The position numbers and the translations under genes were made by a program. From Mucilaginibacter sp. (GTDB lineage Bacteria; Bacteroidota; Bacteroidia; Sphingobacteriales; Sphingobacteriaceae): a stretch of 64,000 nt of DNA. This document shows, piece after piece, positions 1 to 9,313 of the stretch (positions are counted from its first letter, which is position 1; every line of letters starts with the position of its first letter). The stretch lies in the NCBI RefSeq assembly GCF_964263795.1, contig NZ_CAXVWK010000055.1:34157-98156 (forward strand). Reading direction: 5' to 3'. The notes under the pieces were generated by a model. The model searched no databases, was not told the DNA's origin, and worked only from the letters and a program-made list of their open reading frames with translations.

Positions 1-63
1 CAACGGAGTTAATAAAAACCAGTACACGCAAATTCATATCATAAAGTTAAGGTTTATAAATAA

Positions 64-89
64 TTAATGCCCGGCTTAGTGGGCATTAA
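64..89. terminator. hairpin downstream of the YceI gene
   Basis: TTAATGCCC-ggcttagt-GGGCATTAA perfect 9-bp stem with AT-rich flanks. Confidence 0.55.
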
Positions 90-132
90 CAATTAAAATA
101 TGGTTATTAAATTGCTTAAAGCAAATAAAGCG

Positions 133-666
133 TTATTGCGCTGCGTCGGCTTCTACAAAGATGGTTACCTCGTCGCCAAGGGTCATGCTGTTGCCGCCAA
201 CACCAAAATCGCGGCGGTTAATTTTGAAAGTTCCTTTAAACTGATCAACATTACCGGCTTTGGTGTAGGTAAAAGGTACATCAATCAATTTGGTTTTATC
301 TTTTATAGTGATATTAAACTGGCCAGCATACTCATTTCCACTTTTCTTTTTAAACGATACTGACGACATGGTAATGCTCGGGTACTTTGCTACATCAAAG
401 TAATCTTCGTTCTTAAGGTGTTTATCACGCATATTATTATCCGTGTTAATAGTGGTTACATCAGCAACGGCTGTAATTTTACTGGTGGCCAATTTAGCCG
501 GATCGAATTGGATATCGGCTACCATCTTCTCGATAACGCCTCCGGTTTTTATCCCCAGGTTTTTGATCTCAAACCTGATAGTGCCCCTGCTAACGTTATT
601 TTTGATTTGCGCAAAAGTAGCGGTTGCGGCCGTTAGCATTAAAAGTACGATGCAGAGCTTTTTCAT
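133..666 (-). CDS. YceI family (polyisoprenoid-binding) secreted protein
   Basis: 177 aa; signal peptide; SITAVADVTTINTDNNMRDKHLKNEDYFDVAKYP and INRRDFGVG are YceI hallmark motifs. Confidence 0.9.
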   Translation of the reverse strand: MKKLCIVLLMLTAATATFAQIKNNVSRGTIRFEIKNLGIKTGGVIEKMVADIQFDPAKLATSKITAVADVTTINTDNNMRDKHLKNEDYFDVAKYPSITMSSVSFKKKSGNEYAGQFNITIKDKTKLIDVPFTYTKAGNVDQFKGTFKINRRDFGVGGNSMTLGDEVTIFVEADAAQ

Positions 667-717
667 ATACCTGGTATGACAGTGGTTAGAATAAATGGTT
701 TAAGTAATGGCTTGCGG

Positions 718-2028
718 TTAAAACTCAACGTGTGCCCGCAGCGAAAACACATTTACAGGCCCGCGGTCTTTATTGTAGGCCGGGTTAGCGATGAACTGAT
801 AATCGGGCGTTAGCCACAATTTTTTTTGATAAGCATTCACTTTGTAATAAAGTTCTGCTATCAGTTCATGCGCGTAATTGAGTCTGCCATCGCCGATAAT
901 AAAGCCGTAACCGCCTGCTGCCAAATAATCGCGGTGCGGGGCAGATATGCCGTTGCCAACAAAAGCTAAGCCTAATTCATCATCGGCACGTTTCCAATTG
1001 CCACCTTTTAAAACCGCGCCCAGGCTTAAAGACCGGTCTATCTCGGTAAACGCCCAGGTTTGGGTGCGCCCGTCGTTGTAACTTAATTTAGCAAACACAC
1101 CGAAGTTTTTTGAAAGATACTGGTCGGCACTTATGCCAAAACCGTATTTGTGTTTACCATAGGTAAGATTATCATCTACATTTGGCTGCGAGGGGTTTGC
1201 GGCTATGGCTTGCCTGTAATTTCCCATCTTGCCGTTGTTGCTAAAACCCAATACACGCACCGTTCCGTTTTGGCCGTTTAGTTTGTAGCGCTTCTCATAT
1301 TCCAGGGTAAGGGTGTTGGCATGGGCAAGGCGCTCGTCCCAGATGGCACCGTTTGCCGATGTTGTCGTCATAGTAAAGGCAAAGCGCAGTGCCCAATCCG
1401 GCTGACCTAACTCGGCCATTGCACCCATTACGTATCCCCTTGTATTAGCCGGGTAATCCCAGGCGGCATTATCCATCAAACTCCAGTTCATGAATTGCGA
1501 TCGCGCATCATGGCTAAATTCATTGCCGTCAAAAAAATCGGCCATGCCAAATTTACCAACGGTAAAACGCAGGTAACGTTTACTGATGGTGCCTGCTAAC
1601 TGGTTAGCATCGTCACTTAAGGTATCACGCTCATTACCCCATTCAAAATTCTGGGTAAAATAAAGGCGGGCTATGTATATTTTGGGTTCGGCCCCGCCTA
1701 CCCTAAAGGTTTCGCCGTTAGGGAAACCCGCAATCCCGAGTGTTTTACTTAAGCCGGAACCACCAGACATCTCGGGGTTAAAGTACGCCGAAGCACCTTT
1801 CCATAAACGCGCTCCGCCAAAAAAAGTGGTGGTTAATGATGTTTGCGTCTCTTTGCCGGTAAGTAAACTGTTATCGCCGGTGTATGCCGCGCTGAATGCC
1901 GGCTTAAACTGCGTAATAACGGTTTGCTGGAAATGAAAATTAAACCGCTGCTGTTTTAAAGTGTCTTGTGCTGCGGCAGTTTTGGCAATGCCGGCCAACG
2001 CAATCATGGTAAGTAAAAATTTGTTCAT
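718..2028 (-). CDS. carbohydrate-selective porin family (OprB-like / MnoP-type) outer-membrane beta-barrel
   Basis: 436 aa; signal peptide; GFPNGE, GAWDYPANTRGY-like and PDYQFIANPAYNKDRGPV motifs; ends in aromatic residue (HVEF). Confidence 0.75.
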   Translation of the reverse strand: MNKFLLTMIALAGIAKTAAAQDTLKQQRFNFHFQQTVITQFKPAFSAAYTGDNSLLTGKETQTSLTTTFFGGARLWKGASAYFNPEMSGGSGLSKTLGIAGFPNGETFRVGGAEPKIYIARLYFTQNFEWGNERDTLSDDANQLAGTISKRYLRFTVGKFGMADFFDGNEFSHDARSQFMNWSLMDNAAWDYPANTRGYVMGAMAELGQPDWALRFAFTMTTTSANGAIWDERLAHANTLTLEYEKRYKLNGQNGTVRVLGFSNNGKMGNYRQAIAANPSQPNVDDNLTYGKHKYGFGISADQYLSKNFGVFAKLSYNDGRTQTWAFTEIDRSLSLGAVLKGGNWKRADDELGLAFVGNGISAPHRDYLAAGGYGFIIGDGRLNYAHELIAELYYKVNAYQKKLWLTPDYQFIANPAYNKDRGPVNVFSLRAHVEF

Positions 2029-2052
2029 TGTAGGGGGCTTTTTGGGTTGATA

Positions 2053-2709
2053 TTATTGCACTTCCAGGTAAAATTGCGTTAAAAAGGCTTCCATAAAGGT
2101 GTGCCTTTGCTGCGCCATGGCTTTACCCGTAGGTGTGTTCATTTTATCTATAAGTAACAGTAATTTTTCGTAAAAGTGGTTGATGGTTGGAGCGGTTGTA
2201 TTTTTGTACTGCTCCTTAGTCATAGTCAAATTAGGTGGGATGTTAGGGTTGTAGATCTCCCTGTCTTTAAAGCCGCCATAGGTAAACGCACGGGCTATGC
2301 CAATGGCGCCAATGGCATCAAGGCGGTCGGCATCCTGCACGACAGCCAATTCTGTTGAGTGGAAAGAAGCCTTGTCAAAGCTTGCTTTGAATGACATGTG
2401 CCTGATGATCTGTTGCACATGCACAACAATCACATCATCAATGTTAATGCTTTTTAAAAAGTTACCGGCGGTTGCCGGGCCTATTTCCTCATCGCCATTA
2501 TGAAATTTACTATCGGCAATGTCATGCAACAGGGCTGCCAGTTCAACTACCAGCCGGTCGCATTCCTCAGCAGGTGCTATAAGTTTGGCATTGGTCCAAA
2601 CGCGTTGAATGTGCCACCAATCGTGGCCACCTTCTGCATCTTTTAACGTTTGCTGCACAAAGGCTGCTGTTTTTTCAATTATATCTGCATCGCTTAATGT
2701 AGCCATCAT
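2053..2709 (-). CDS. HD-domain metal-dependent phosphohydrolase
   Basis: GHDWWHIQRV, LLHDIAD, VQDADRLDAIGAIGIARAF, NHFYEKLL motifs. Confidence 0.9.
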   Translation of the reverse strand: MMATLSDADIIEKTAAFVQQTLKDAEGGHDWWHIQRVWTNAKLIAPAEECDRLVVELAALLHDIADSKFHNGDEEIGPATAGNFLKSINIDDVIVVHVQQIIRHMSFKASFDKASFHSTELAVVQDADRLDAIGAIGIARAFTYGGFKDREIYNPNIPPNLTMTKEQYKNTTAPTINHFYEKLLLLIDKMNTPTGKAMAQQRHTFMEAFLTQFYLEVQ

Positions 2710-2740
2710 GCTGCAAATATATCATACTGCTTAATATTAA

Positions 2741-2980
2741 TTAAGCGGCTTCAGCACTTTCGGTATTTATCAATTCTACCAAATCAGTTTCTAATACTTC
2801 GGCTATCTGGAAAAGGCGTTCAACGGTTATTTTGGTGTAACCTAATTCAATTTTACTATATGCGTTTTGCGATATGCTAAGTTTAGCTGCAAGGTATTCC
2901 TGAGTATAATTTAATTCTTCACGTTTGCCGCGGATATTAGCTGCAACAGCCTTTATCCTCATGTTTAACAAATTCTTCAT
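2741..2980 (-). CDS. XRE/Cro family helix-turn-helix regulator
   Basis: 79 aa; IRGKREELNYTQEYLAAKLSISQNAYSKIELG HTH_3 pattern. Confidence 0.85.
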   Translation of the reverse strand: MKNLLNMRIKAVAANIRGKREELNYTQEYLAAKLSISQNAYSKIELGYTKITVERLFQIAEVLETDLVELINTESAEAA

Positions 2981-3226
2981 TAATGATTGAGGTTATAACT
3001 GATATATAAACGAGAATAAGAAATGAGCGGATTTAACATTTTTTATTTTTTCAGTTAAAAAATTTATCAACCATTATTGTCAGCAATATATAAGGAACGC
3101 AGGCGCGCGAATAAACGGCCAGAGCAACCGGTATATTGCCATTTGCACAACAACTATCGGAATGATTTAACGTAGTACCATAAGCGACGATTCATATTCA
3201 CCGCTCCGAACCGAAAACTTATTCTC

Positions 3227-3262
3227 TAACAACAAAGCCGGCTGATGCCGGCTCTGTTGTTA
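3227..3262. terminator. intrinsic terminator hairpin
   Basis: TAACAACA(a)AGCCGGC-tgat-GCCGGCT(c)TGTTGTTA at the 3' end of the 3260-3754 gene. Confidence 0.7.
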
Positions 3263-3754
3263 TTTGATATCGTATTGTACGGTCACCGTAGGCAACAGCG
3301 TTGCAGAATTGAGTGGGATTTGATCTTTGGAGACAATTGGCTTGCGGGTGCGGTAAAAGGCATAAGCTGCTTTTTGTACTTCGGCTACGCCGGTTGTTGG
3401 TTTATTAAAGCCGATGGAAAAGGGGATAATAAAATCGTGGAATTTCTCTTTATTGGGTATGATCCATTTTTTAGATGAATTTTTAAGTGCCTCTATAACC
3501 GGCAGTGTTAACAGGTAATCATCAGCGTAATAGATCACTATTTTTGAAATGTTGCCGTTAACATCTGCAGTGAATTTAAATACCGCCATACCCGCAGCTT
3601 TTTTGGAAATGATCTCCGGGCTAACCTTTAATGTATCTTTAAAAAAGCGCTCCATTACCGGGCTGCCACCTTGAAACGGGAAGGCAAGATCTTCCTGCGC
3701 ACGGCAGTAAACAGCAGATGTAAGTAAAAGAGCAATTATGATCAGTTTTTTCAT
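3260..3754 (-). CDS. exported protein with TonB C-terminal-like domain
   Basis: 164 aa; signal peptide; FPFQGG..FF..L..G.AVFKFTADVNGNI..I resembles the Bacteroidota TonB_C pattern; TAATG overlap with upstream gene. Confidence 0.55.
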   Translation of the reverse strand: MKKLIIIALLLTSAVYCRAQEDLAFPFQGGSPVMERFFKDTLKVSPEIISKKAAGMAVFKFTADVNGNISKIVIYYADDYLLTLPVIEALKNSSKKWIIPNKEKFHDFIIPFSIGFNKPTTGVAEVQKAAYAFYRTRKPIVSKDQIPLNSATLLPTVTVQYDIK

Positions 3755-4929
3755 TATTCAGTTGGTTTAGGTTCGCGTTTGGTGCCCTCGTAAAGTTCAT
3801 ACTCAAACAAGCGGCAATCTAACTTACCATTATAAAATTCAATACGGCGGCTTGGGCGTAAACCTATTTTTTTAGCCAGGTCGGGGTTCCCTGTAAAAAC
3901 GTAACCCCTATAGCCTAAGCATTGCTTTTTTAAGTAATCGCCAATGCGCGCGTAAGTTATTTCGAGTTTGGTGTGCACACCCAGTCGCTCACCATATTCT
4001 GGATTGAACATTACAATGCCCGGCTCAGCAGGTACTTCTGTGTCCGCAAAATCACAAACAGCAAAATCTATCAAATGTTCTACTCCTGCTGTGTTGGCAT
4101 TTTTACGTGCAATATCAATGGCGTCGTCAGAAATATCGGTAGCGATAATCTTAAAGTTAACCGCCTTTTTTGCTTTATCCTTTAGTTTACGGCGCTCTAC
4201 AAAAAACACCTGCTCATCATAACCCATAATGTGCATAAAGCCATAATTCATGCGGAACAAACCCGGATGCTTATCAGTAGCCAGTAGTGCAGCCTCTATA
4301 GCTAATGTGCCGGATCCACACATCGGGTTAATGAAGGTACTGTTACGGTCCCAGCCGGTAGCCATAATAGTTGATGTTGCCAGTGCCTCCAGCATTGGCG
4401 CCTTGCCCGGTATTTTGCGGTAGCTGTGTTTTGCTAGTGTTTCGCCGGATGTATCCAGGTAAATATCGGCCTTATCGTCCTGCCAGTAAAGGTTAATAAC
4501 TGTTTTGTTGGAGTCGGCTCCCGAATTGGGGCGGATACCTTTTTGTGCCTTGATCCGGTCTACAACAGCATCTTTTACTTTAACATTAGCAAAAAGCGGT
4601 GTTAAGATATGCTCGTTATTAACGTTCGAGGTAACAGAAAAATAGCCCGAAAAGTCGATGAGGTTTTCCCACTCTATCTTCACCAATTCGTCGTAAAGTT
4701 CGTTAGGGTTTTCGGCAGTAAAGCTTTTAAGTAAATAGAGCACCTGGCTTGCGCAACGCAGGTTAAGGTTTAAGGCAATAGTATCGGTAACTGTACCCAT
4801 TAACTCAACCCCTGTTTGGAAAACGCGTGTAGGCTTGTAGCCCAGCGCTTCAACTTCCTGCTGTAAATAAGGCGATAACCTTTTATTGCATGTAATAACG
4901 ATCTTACTCTCGGTGTGGAAAACTTGCAT
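3754..4929 (-). CDS. THUMP-domain class I SAM-dependent RNA methyltransferase (RlmL/YpsC-like)
   Basis: LAKHSYRK, APMLEALA, NPMCGSGTLAIEAA, NPEYGERLG motifs. Confidence 0.9.
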   Translation of the reverse strand: MQVFHTESKIVITCNKRLSPYLQQEVEALGYKPTRVFQTGVELMGTVTDTIALNLNLRCASQVLYLLKSFTAENPNELYDELVKIEWENLIDFSGYFSVTSNVNNEHILTPLFANVKVKDAVVDRIKAQKGIRPNSGADSNKTVINLYWQDDKADIYLDTSGETLAKHSYRKIPGKAPMLEALATSTIMATGWDRNSTFINPMCGSGTLAIEAALLATDKHPGLFRMNYGFMHIMGYDEQVFFVERRKLKDKAKKAVNFKIIATDISDDAIDIARKNANTAGVEHLIDFAVCDFADTEVPAEPGIVMFNPEYGERLGVHTKLEITYARIGDYLKKQCLGYRGYVFTGNPDLAKKIGLRPSRRIEFYNGKLDCRLFEYELYEGTKREPKPTE

Positions 4930-5009
4930 AATATTTCTGCGAATTTATGAATTAAATACGCCCGTTTTAAATTGATACTATTAACTTTACATTTTAAATA
5001 TTCTGATAT

Positions 5010-5372
5010 ATGGAAATTAAAGGTAAGGTATACGAAGTATCGGCAACACAACAGGTTACCGAGTCATTAAAGAAACGCGAATTAATCATTGAATATATAG
5101 AGAACCCGCAATACCCGGAGTATTTGAAGTTCGAAGCAATACAAGATCGCACCAACCTGATGGACAACGTTAAGGTGGGTGATGATGTTGAAGTTTTCTT
5201 TAACCTTAAGGGCCGTAAATGGACCGACAAAATGGGTAAAGTGGTTTACTTTAATACGCTGCAATTATGGAAAATTAACGTATTGGGTGGCGCCGGTTCA
5301 TCTGCAGCACCTGAGTATGCAGCTCCTGCCGATATCAGCTCAGCACCTGACGACGACGATCTGCCGTTTTAA
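5010..5372 (+). CDS. DUF3127 family protein (OB-fold, SSB-like) with acidic C-tail
   Basis: MEIKGKV..KRELII....QYPEYLKFEAIQDR..VEVFFNLKGRKW..YFNTLQLWKI; ends DDDDLPF. Confidence 0.85.
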   Translation: MEIKGKVYEVSATQQVTESLKKRELIIEYIENPQYPEYLKFEAIQDRTNLMDNVKVGDDVEVFFNLKGRKWTDKMGKVVYFNTLQLWKINVLGGAGSSAAPEYAAPADISSAPDDDDLPF

Positions 5373-5416
5373 TAAGCATTCAGTAGACGGTTAGCATTAC
5401 AGAGCTGCCGTTAACT

Positions 5417-5462
5417 ATAACAAAAGAGGCCTTCCGGATTTCCGGAAGGCCTCTTTTGTTAT
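5417..5462. terminator. bidirectional intrinsic terminator
   Basis: 21-bp perfect stem ATAACAAAAGAGGCCTTCCGG-attt-CCGGAAGGCCTCTTTTGTTAT between convergent genes. Confidence 0.9.
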
Positions 5463-5485
5463 ACAAACTGAAATTTGCAGATAAC

Positions 5486-6439
5486 TTAATCTTCTTTAAT
5501 TATCTGTTTGGTTATTGAATTGGTGCCTTGTTTAACAGTAAGCATATAAATACCGTTAAGTGGCAGGCTGATCTTTTTACTAAAACTGCCTGCAACCGCT
5601 TTGTCATTCAATATCACTTTTTGCTGGCTATCAGTAATTTTTACTGATGCGGTAGTTTTAGCAGGCAGGTTAAAATTTAATAACGTCTTACCTGTCGAAA
5701 ATTCGGGGCTCAGGCTTAAGTCGTTCAGTGTTAACCCCTTTTTAGTCACTTCGCCATTTTCGGGCATGGCATCTGTGACCCTGAAACTAATGCGGGTGCT
5801 GATGCCGTTATTGTCGGTATTTACAAAATCGAAATTTTGCACGTTGCGCTCATTAAAACGCATCCGCATCGGGCGGTTATTTGGCCTCACGTTGCGTTCG
5901 ATCCGTAGCCGCATAGGCTGTTCGTTATCCCTATTAAACTGACGTGGTGCCGATGGCCTTGCAGCAGGCTCATCAATGCGAACTTCGTCGCCCGGCATAA
6001 TACGGCGCAGCCTTATCCTTGACTTGTTAGCCTCAAGTGCATCATTGTTAGAATAAAAATCAGTTTTATATGGGCTTGATGCCGGGTTTTCATTGCCGTT
6101 CATGCGGGGCTGGTTGCCCGGTGCCGGCTGGCCGTCGCGTAACAGGTTATCACCACGCAATTCTTTTCTGCGGCGCACAATTATATCGGCCTCACCATCC
6201 TTACCCATATGCCTGAAGGTGATGTTGCCCATTTGGTTAAGTTCCTGCATGGCATCGGCGCGCTCCTGTGTGCTTAGTTTTTTAATGTCTTTACCGTTGA
6301 TGGTGGTATCGCCGTTGACGATCTTGATCTCAAAATCTTTTTGGTTTTGGGCCATAACGATAGGCGGCAGGCAAAGTATGGCGAACAGGCTCAACGAGAA
6401 GATGACCTCGAAGCCGGGTTTAGATGTTATTTTTTTCAT
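5486..6439 (-). CDS. secreted protein with probable T9SS type A C-terminal sorting domain
   Basis: 317 aa; signal peptide; C-terminal ~80 aa LSLSPEFSTGKTLLNF..VKITDSQQKVI..GIYMLTVKQGTNSITKQIIK matches the Por secretion tail pattern. Confidence 0.7.
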   Translation of the reverse strand: MKKITSKPGFEVIFSLSLFAILCLPPIVMAQNQKDFEIKIVNGDTTINGKDIKKLSTQERADAMQELNQMGNITFRHMGKDGEADIIVRRRKELRGDNLLRDGQPAPGNQPRMNGNENPASSPYKTDFYSNNDALEANKSRIRLRRIMPGDEVRIDEPAARPSAPRQFNRDNEQPMRLRIERNVRPNNRPMRMRFNERNVQNFDFVNTDNNGISTRISFRVTDAMPENGEVTKKGLTLNDLSLSPEFSTGKTLLNFNLPAKTTASVKITDSQQKVILNDKAVAGSFSKKISLPLNGIYMLTVKQGTNSITKQIIKED

Positions 6440-6561
6440 TTTTAATGACGATTTAAGTTTATAACAACAAAATTAGAAAACGGTTAGCAATCAACCTGTT
6501 AAATATGACTGCGCAATTTGTTAAAAATTGTTAAATGCCGTTTGGATAAGCTTAATTAAAA

Positions 6562-6569
6562 TATTTTTG
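6562..6569 (+). promoter_or_regulatory. Bacteroidota primary-sigma -7 element
   Basis: TATTTTTG fits TAnnTTTG, 7 nt before the kinase ATG; TTTG at 6541. Confidence 0.5.
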
Positions 6570-6576
6570 TGATTGC

Positions 6577-8391
6577 ATGAAAAAACGGAGCATCGGTATT
6601 TTAATTGGCTTAATGGGCATTGCACTTTTAGGTGTGGTGGTTATGCAGTTATACTTTTTGCGCCAGAGCTACCTGATGCAGTCAGATCTGTTTAGCAACA
6701 CTGTTAATGAGGCCCTTAATACCGTAGTGTCAAAAGTAGCCAAGCAGGACGCCAACAATTTTTTAAATGCCAAGCTTAAAAAGATCACCCCTTATAATAG
6801 CAATGTAACTGAGCGTAAAACCCGCATTAGCATAAATGGCAGCATAGCCAGTTTTGACGATTCTATCCAATCAAAAAAATCACAGACCAAGCGCCAGCGT
6901 AAACTCGCCATTTTGCGTGATAGTTTAAGGCGGCTGATCCTCCACAAAAAACTGGACGATGAAGAAGCGGCCCTGGCCCGGAAAGGATCGCTTGATCTGC
7001 GCATCCGTGTAGAGGAAGTGATAGACGAGTTTGGCGTGGTACACGGGCGTTTTATCCCTGAAATTGTTAAGACCCCGCCGCCCGTTAAAAAACGGCTGAC
7101 CAAGTATGATACCATCCGCGCTACCTACATCGATCCGCAATTTGGCAAACAGGTAATATCTGCCATAAATATTAATCCCGAGTGGCAGCGCCACCAGCTT
7201 AAGCTGCAAAAAGAGCGGCAGCTAAAGCAGATCAAAAAACTGTTAGAAGTAGATTCTTTGGAGAATGTACCACAGGATAAAAAGAAGTCGCTGGTATTAG
7301 AGAACCTGGCTATTGAGTATGGTAAAACTAACGAGCCGTTAAAGAACAGATTAAATAGTTTCTGGATAGATTCGCTGCTGCGTTTTGAGTTGCATAACCG
7401 CGGTATTTTTTTACCGTTTAGTTATGAGGTATCAACCGCTAACAGCGATTCGCTCATCTTTTCGAGCGCTATGGACGTAGAGGGGCGCAAACCGCAATTT
7501 ATTGCTGCAAATACGTATCAAAAAGCCATCTTTAGCAACGAGCTGGTGAACGATCCGGGGATGATCAAGATCTCGTTCCCGCAAAAAAGTTCATTTATCT
7601 TAGGGAACATGACGGCTACTATAGGTACTACCGGCGGACTGCTGTTTATCCTGATATTTTGCTTTGGGTTTACCATCTTCTCTATCCTTAAGCAAAAGAA
7701 GATCTCTGAAATGAAGATAGATTTCATCAACAACATGACGCATGAGTTTAAAACCCCGGTATCAACCATCATGATAGCGAGCGAGGCTTTAAAAGATGAG
7801 GAGATTGCCGAAGATAAAACCCGCGTTGCCCGGTTAGCTAATGTTATTTACGAAGAGAATGTACGCCTGGGCAGCCATATCGAAAGAGTGCTCAATATTG
7901 CCCGGATAGAAAAGAACGACTTTAAGCTGGATAAAAAGCCGGTGGATGTGAATGAATCGATTACCCTTGTGCTGGATAGCATGGCGCTTAAGCTGCAAAA
8001 GGTGGATGCGGTTACCAACCTGCAGCTGGATGCCGAAAACGCTACGATCATTGGCGACGAGCTGCACTTTAGCAACGTACTTTATAACCTTATAGATAAT
8101 GCCATCAAATACAGCAATAACCCGCCGGATATTAAGATCAGCACAATAAACAAAAATGGCCACGTTTGTATAAAAGTGACCGATAAAGGCATAGGCATGA
8201 ACCGCGACCAGCAGGCAAAAATATTTGAACAGTTTTACCGCATACCAACCGGCAACCTGCACGATGTTAAAGGTTTTGGCTTAGGGTTAAGCTATGTGAA
8301 CACTATTGTGAAAAGGCTTGATGGCACCATTAGCGTTAAGTCTGAAAAAGATAAAGGATCGGAGTTTGAGCTGAAATTCCCGGTTGCTTAG
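6577..8391 (+). CDS. membrane sensor histidine kinase (RprX-like)
   Basis: two TM segments; H-box FINNMTHEFKTP; N-box NLIDNAIKY; DKGIG and GFGLGL boxes. Confidence 0.93.
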   Translation: MKKRSIGILIGLMGIALLGVVVMQLYFLRQSYLMQSDLFSNTVNEALNTVVSKVAKQDANNFLNAKLKKITPYNSNVTERKTRISINGSIASFDDSIQSKKSQTKRQRKLAILRDSLRRLILHKKLDDEEAALARKGSLDLRIRVEEVIDEFGVVHGRFIPEIVKTPPPVKKRLTKYDTIRATYIDPQFGKQVISAININPEWQRHQLKLQKERQLKQIKKLLEVDSLENVPQDKKKSLVLENLAIEYGKTNEPLKNRLNSFWIDSLLRFELHNRGIFLPFSYEVSTANSDSLIFSSAMDVEGRKPQFIAANTYQKAIFSNELVNDPGMIKISFPQKSSFILGNMTATIGTTGGLLFILIFCFGFTIFSILKQKKISEMKIDFINNMTHEFKTPVSTIMIASEALKDEEIAEDKTRVARLANVIYEENVRLGSHIERVLNIARIEKNDFKLDKKPVDVNESITLVLDSMALKLQKVDAVTNLQLDAENATIIGDELHFSNVLYNLIDNAIKYSNNPPDIKISTINKNGHVCIKVTDKGIGMNRDQQAKIFEQFYRIPTGNLHDVKGFGLGLSYVNTIVKRLDGTISVKSEKDKGSEFELKFPVA

Positions 8392-8396
8392 TATAG

Positions 8397-8466
8397 AGTC
8401 GGAAAGTAAGTGTGTTAAATATAGTTTTTAAACCTTTCGGACTTGCCGGCATACGGAATCCGGACT
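8397..8466. repeat. imperfect intergenic palindrome (REP-like)
   Basis: AGTCGGAAAG (8397-8406) ... CTTTCGGACT (8434-8443), plus TCCGGACT (8459-8466). Confidence 0.45.
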
Positions 8467-8481
8467 AAACAATCACCCGTC

Positions 8482-9174
8482 ATGAAAAAAATACTACTTG
8501 TTGAAGATGACCCGAACCTGGGCCTGCTGTTACAGGACTATCTGCAGCTTAAAGGGAAATTCGACGTAGTGTTGTGTAAAGATGGCGAGGAGGGGCTGCG
8601 TTCCTTCACCAAACAGAATTACGATCTGCTGATACTTGACGTGATGATGCCCAAAAAGGATGGGTTTACCCTGGGTAAGGAGGTCAGGAAAATAAACCCG
8701 CAAGTGCCTATTATTTTTGCGACGGCCAAAGCGATGATAGAAGATAAAACGCAAGCCTTTAACCTGGGCGGTGACGATTACATTACCAAACCCTTCCGGA
8801 TAGAAGAATTATTGCTGCGCATCAACGCCCTTTTAAAACGGACAGAAAAGCCCGGGAAACAAGGCGACGATAATCCCACGCAGTTTAAATTAGGTAGTTA
8901 TACATTTGATTATACATCGCAAACCATAAGCCACGGTACTGGTATGCAAAAGCTATCTACCAAAGAGGCAGAACTTTTACGCCTGCTGTGCCTGAAAAAA
9001 AATGAGGTGCTTACCCGAGAGGAAGCACTGCTGAACATCTGGCATGACGACAATTACTTTAATGGCCGCAGTATGGATGTGTTTTTGAGCAAGATCCGCA
9101 AGTATTTAAAGGACGACCCATCTGTAGAGATCATTAATGTGCATGGCAGGGGTTACAAGCTATTGATCAATTAG
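8482..9174 (+). CDS. OmpR/PhoB family response regulator (RprY-like)
   Basis: ILLVEDD, LDVMMPKKDG, DDYITKPF, winged-helix C-terminus; ATG 8482 preferred over track TTG 8443. Confidence 0.93.
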   Translation: MKKILLVEDDPNLGLLLQDYLQLKGKFDVVLCKDGEEGLRSFTKQNYDLLILDVMMPKKDGFTLGKEVRKINPQVPIIFATAKAMIEDKTQAFNLGGDDYITKPFRIEELLLRINALLKRTEKPGKQGDDNPTQFKLGSYTFDYTSQTISHGTGMQKLSTKEAELLRLLCLKKNEVLTREEALLNIWHDDNYFNGRSMDVFLSKIRKYLKDDPSVEIINVHGRGYKLLIN

Positions 9175-9313
9175 ATACCCATTTAAAGTAATTTACTAAA
9201 GTTTATTTTCACCTCCCAAAAAACAATAACCTGTAACAGCTTTGTTAAATCTGGCCGCACCGTATCCCCGATATTTTTAAATATGTTTGTTACAGATTAA
9301 CTAACTGATTAAT

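Noticed and set aside
1-37. Possible start of a minus-strand gene (MNLRVLVFINSV..)
   Set aside because: Only 12 codons visible; cannot be supported
2981-3226. Short ORFs (13-32 aa) upstream of the XRE gene
   Set aside because: No signal peptide, motif or convincing promoter/terminator pairing
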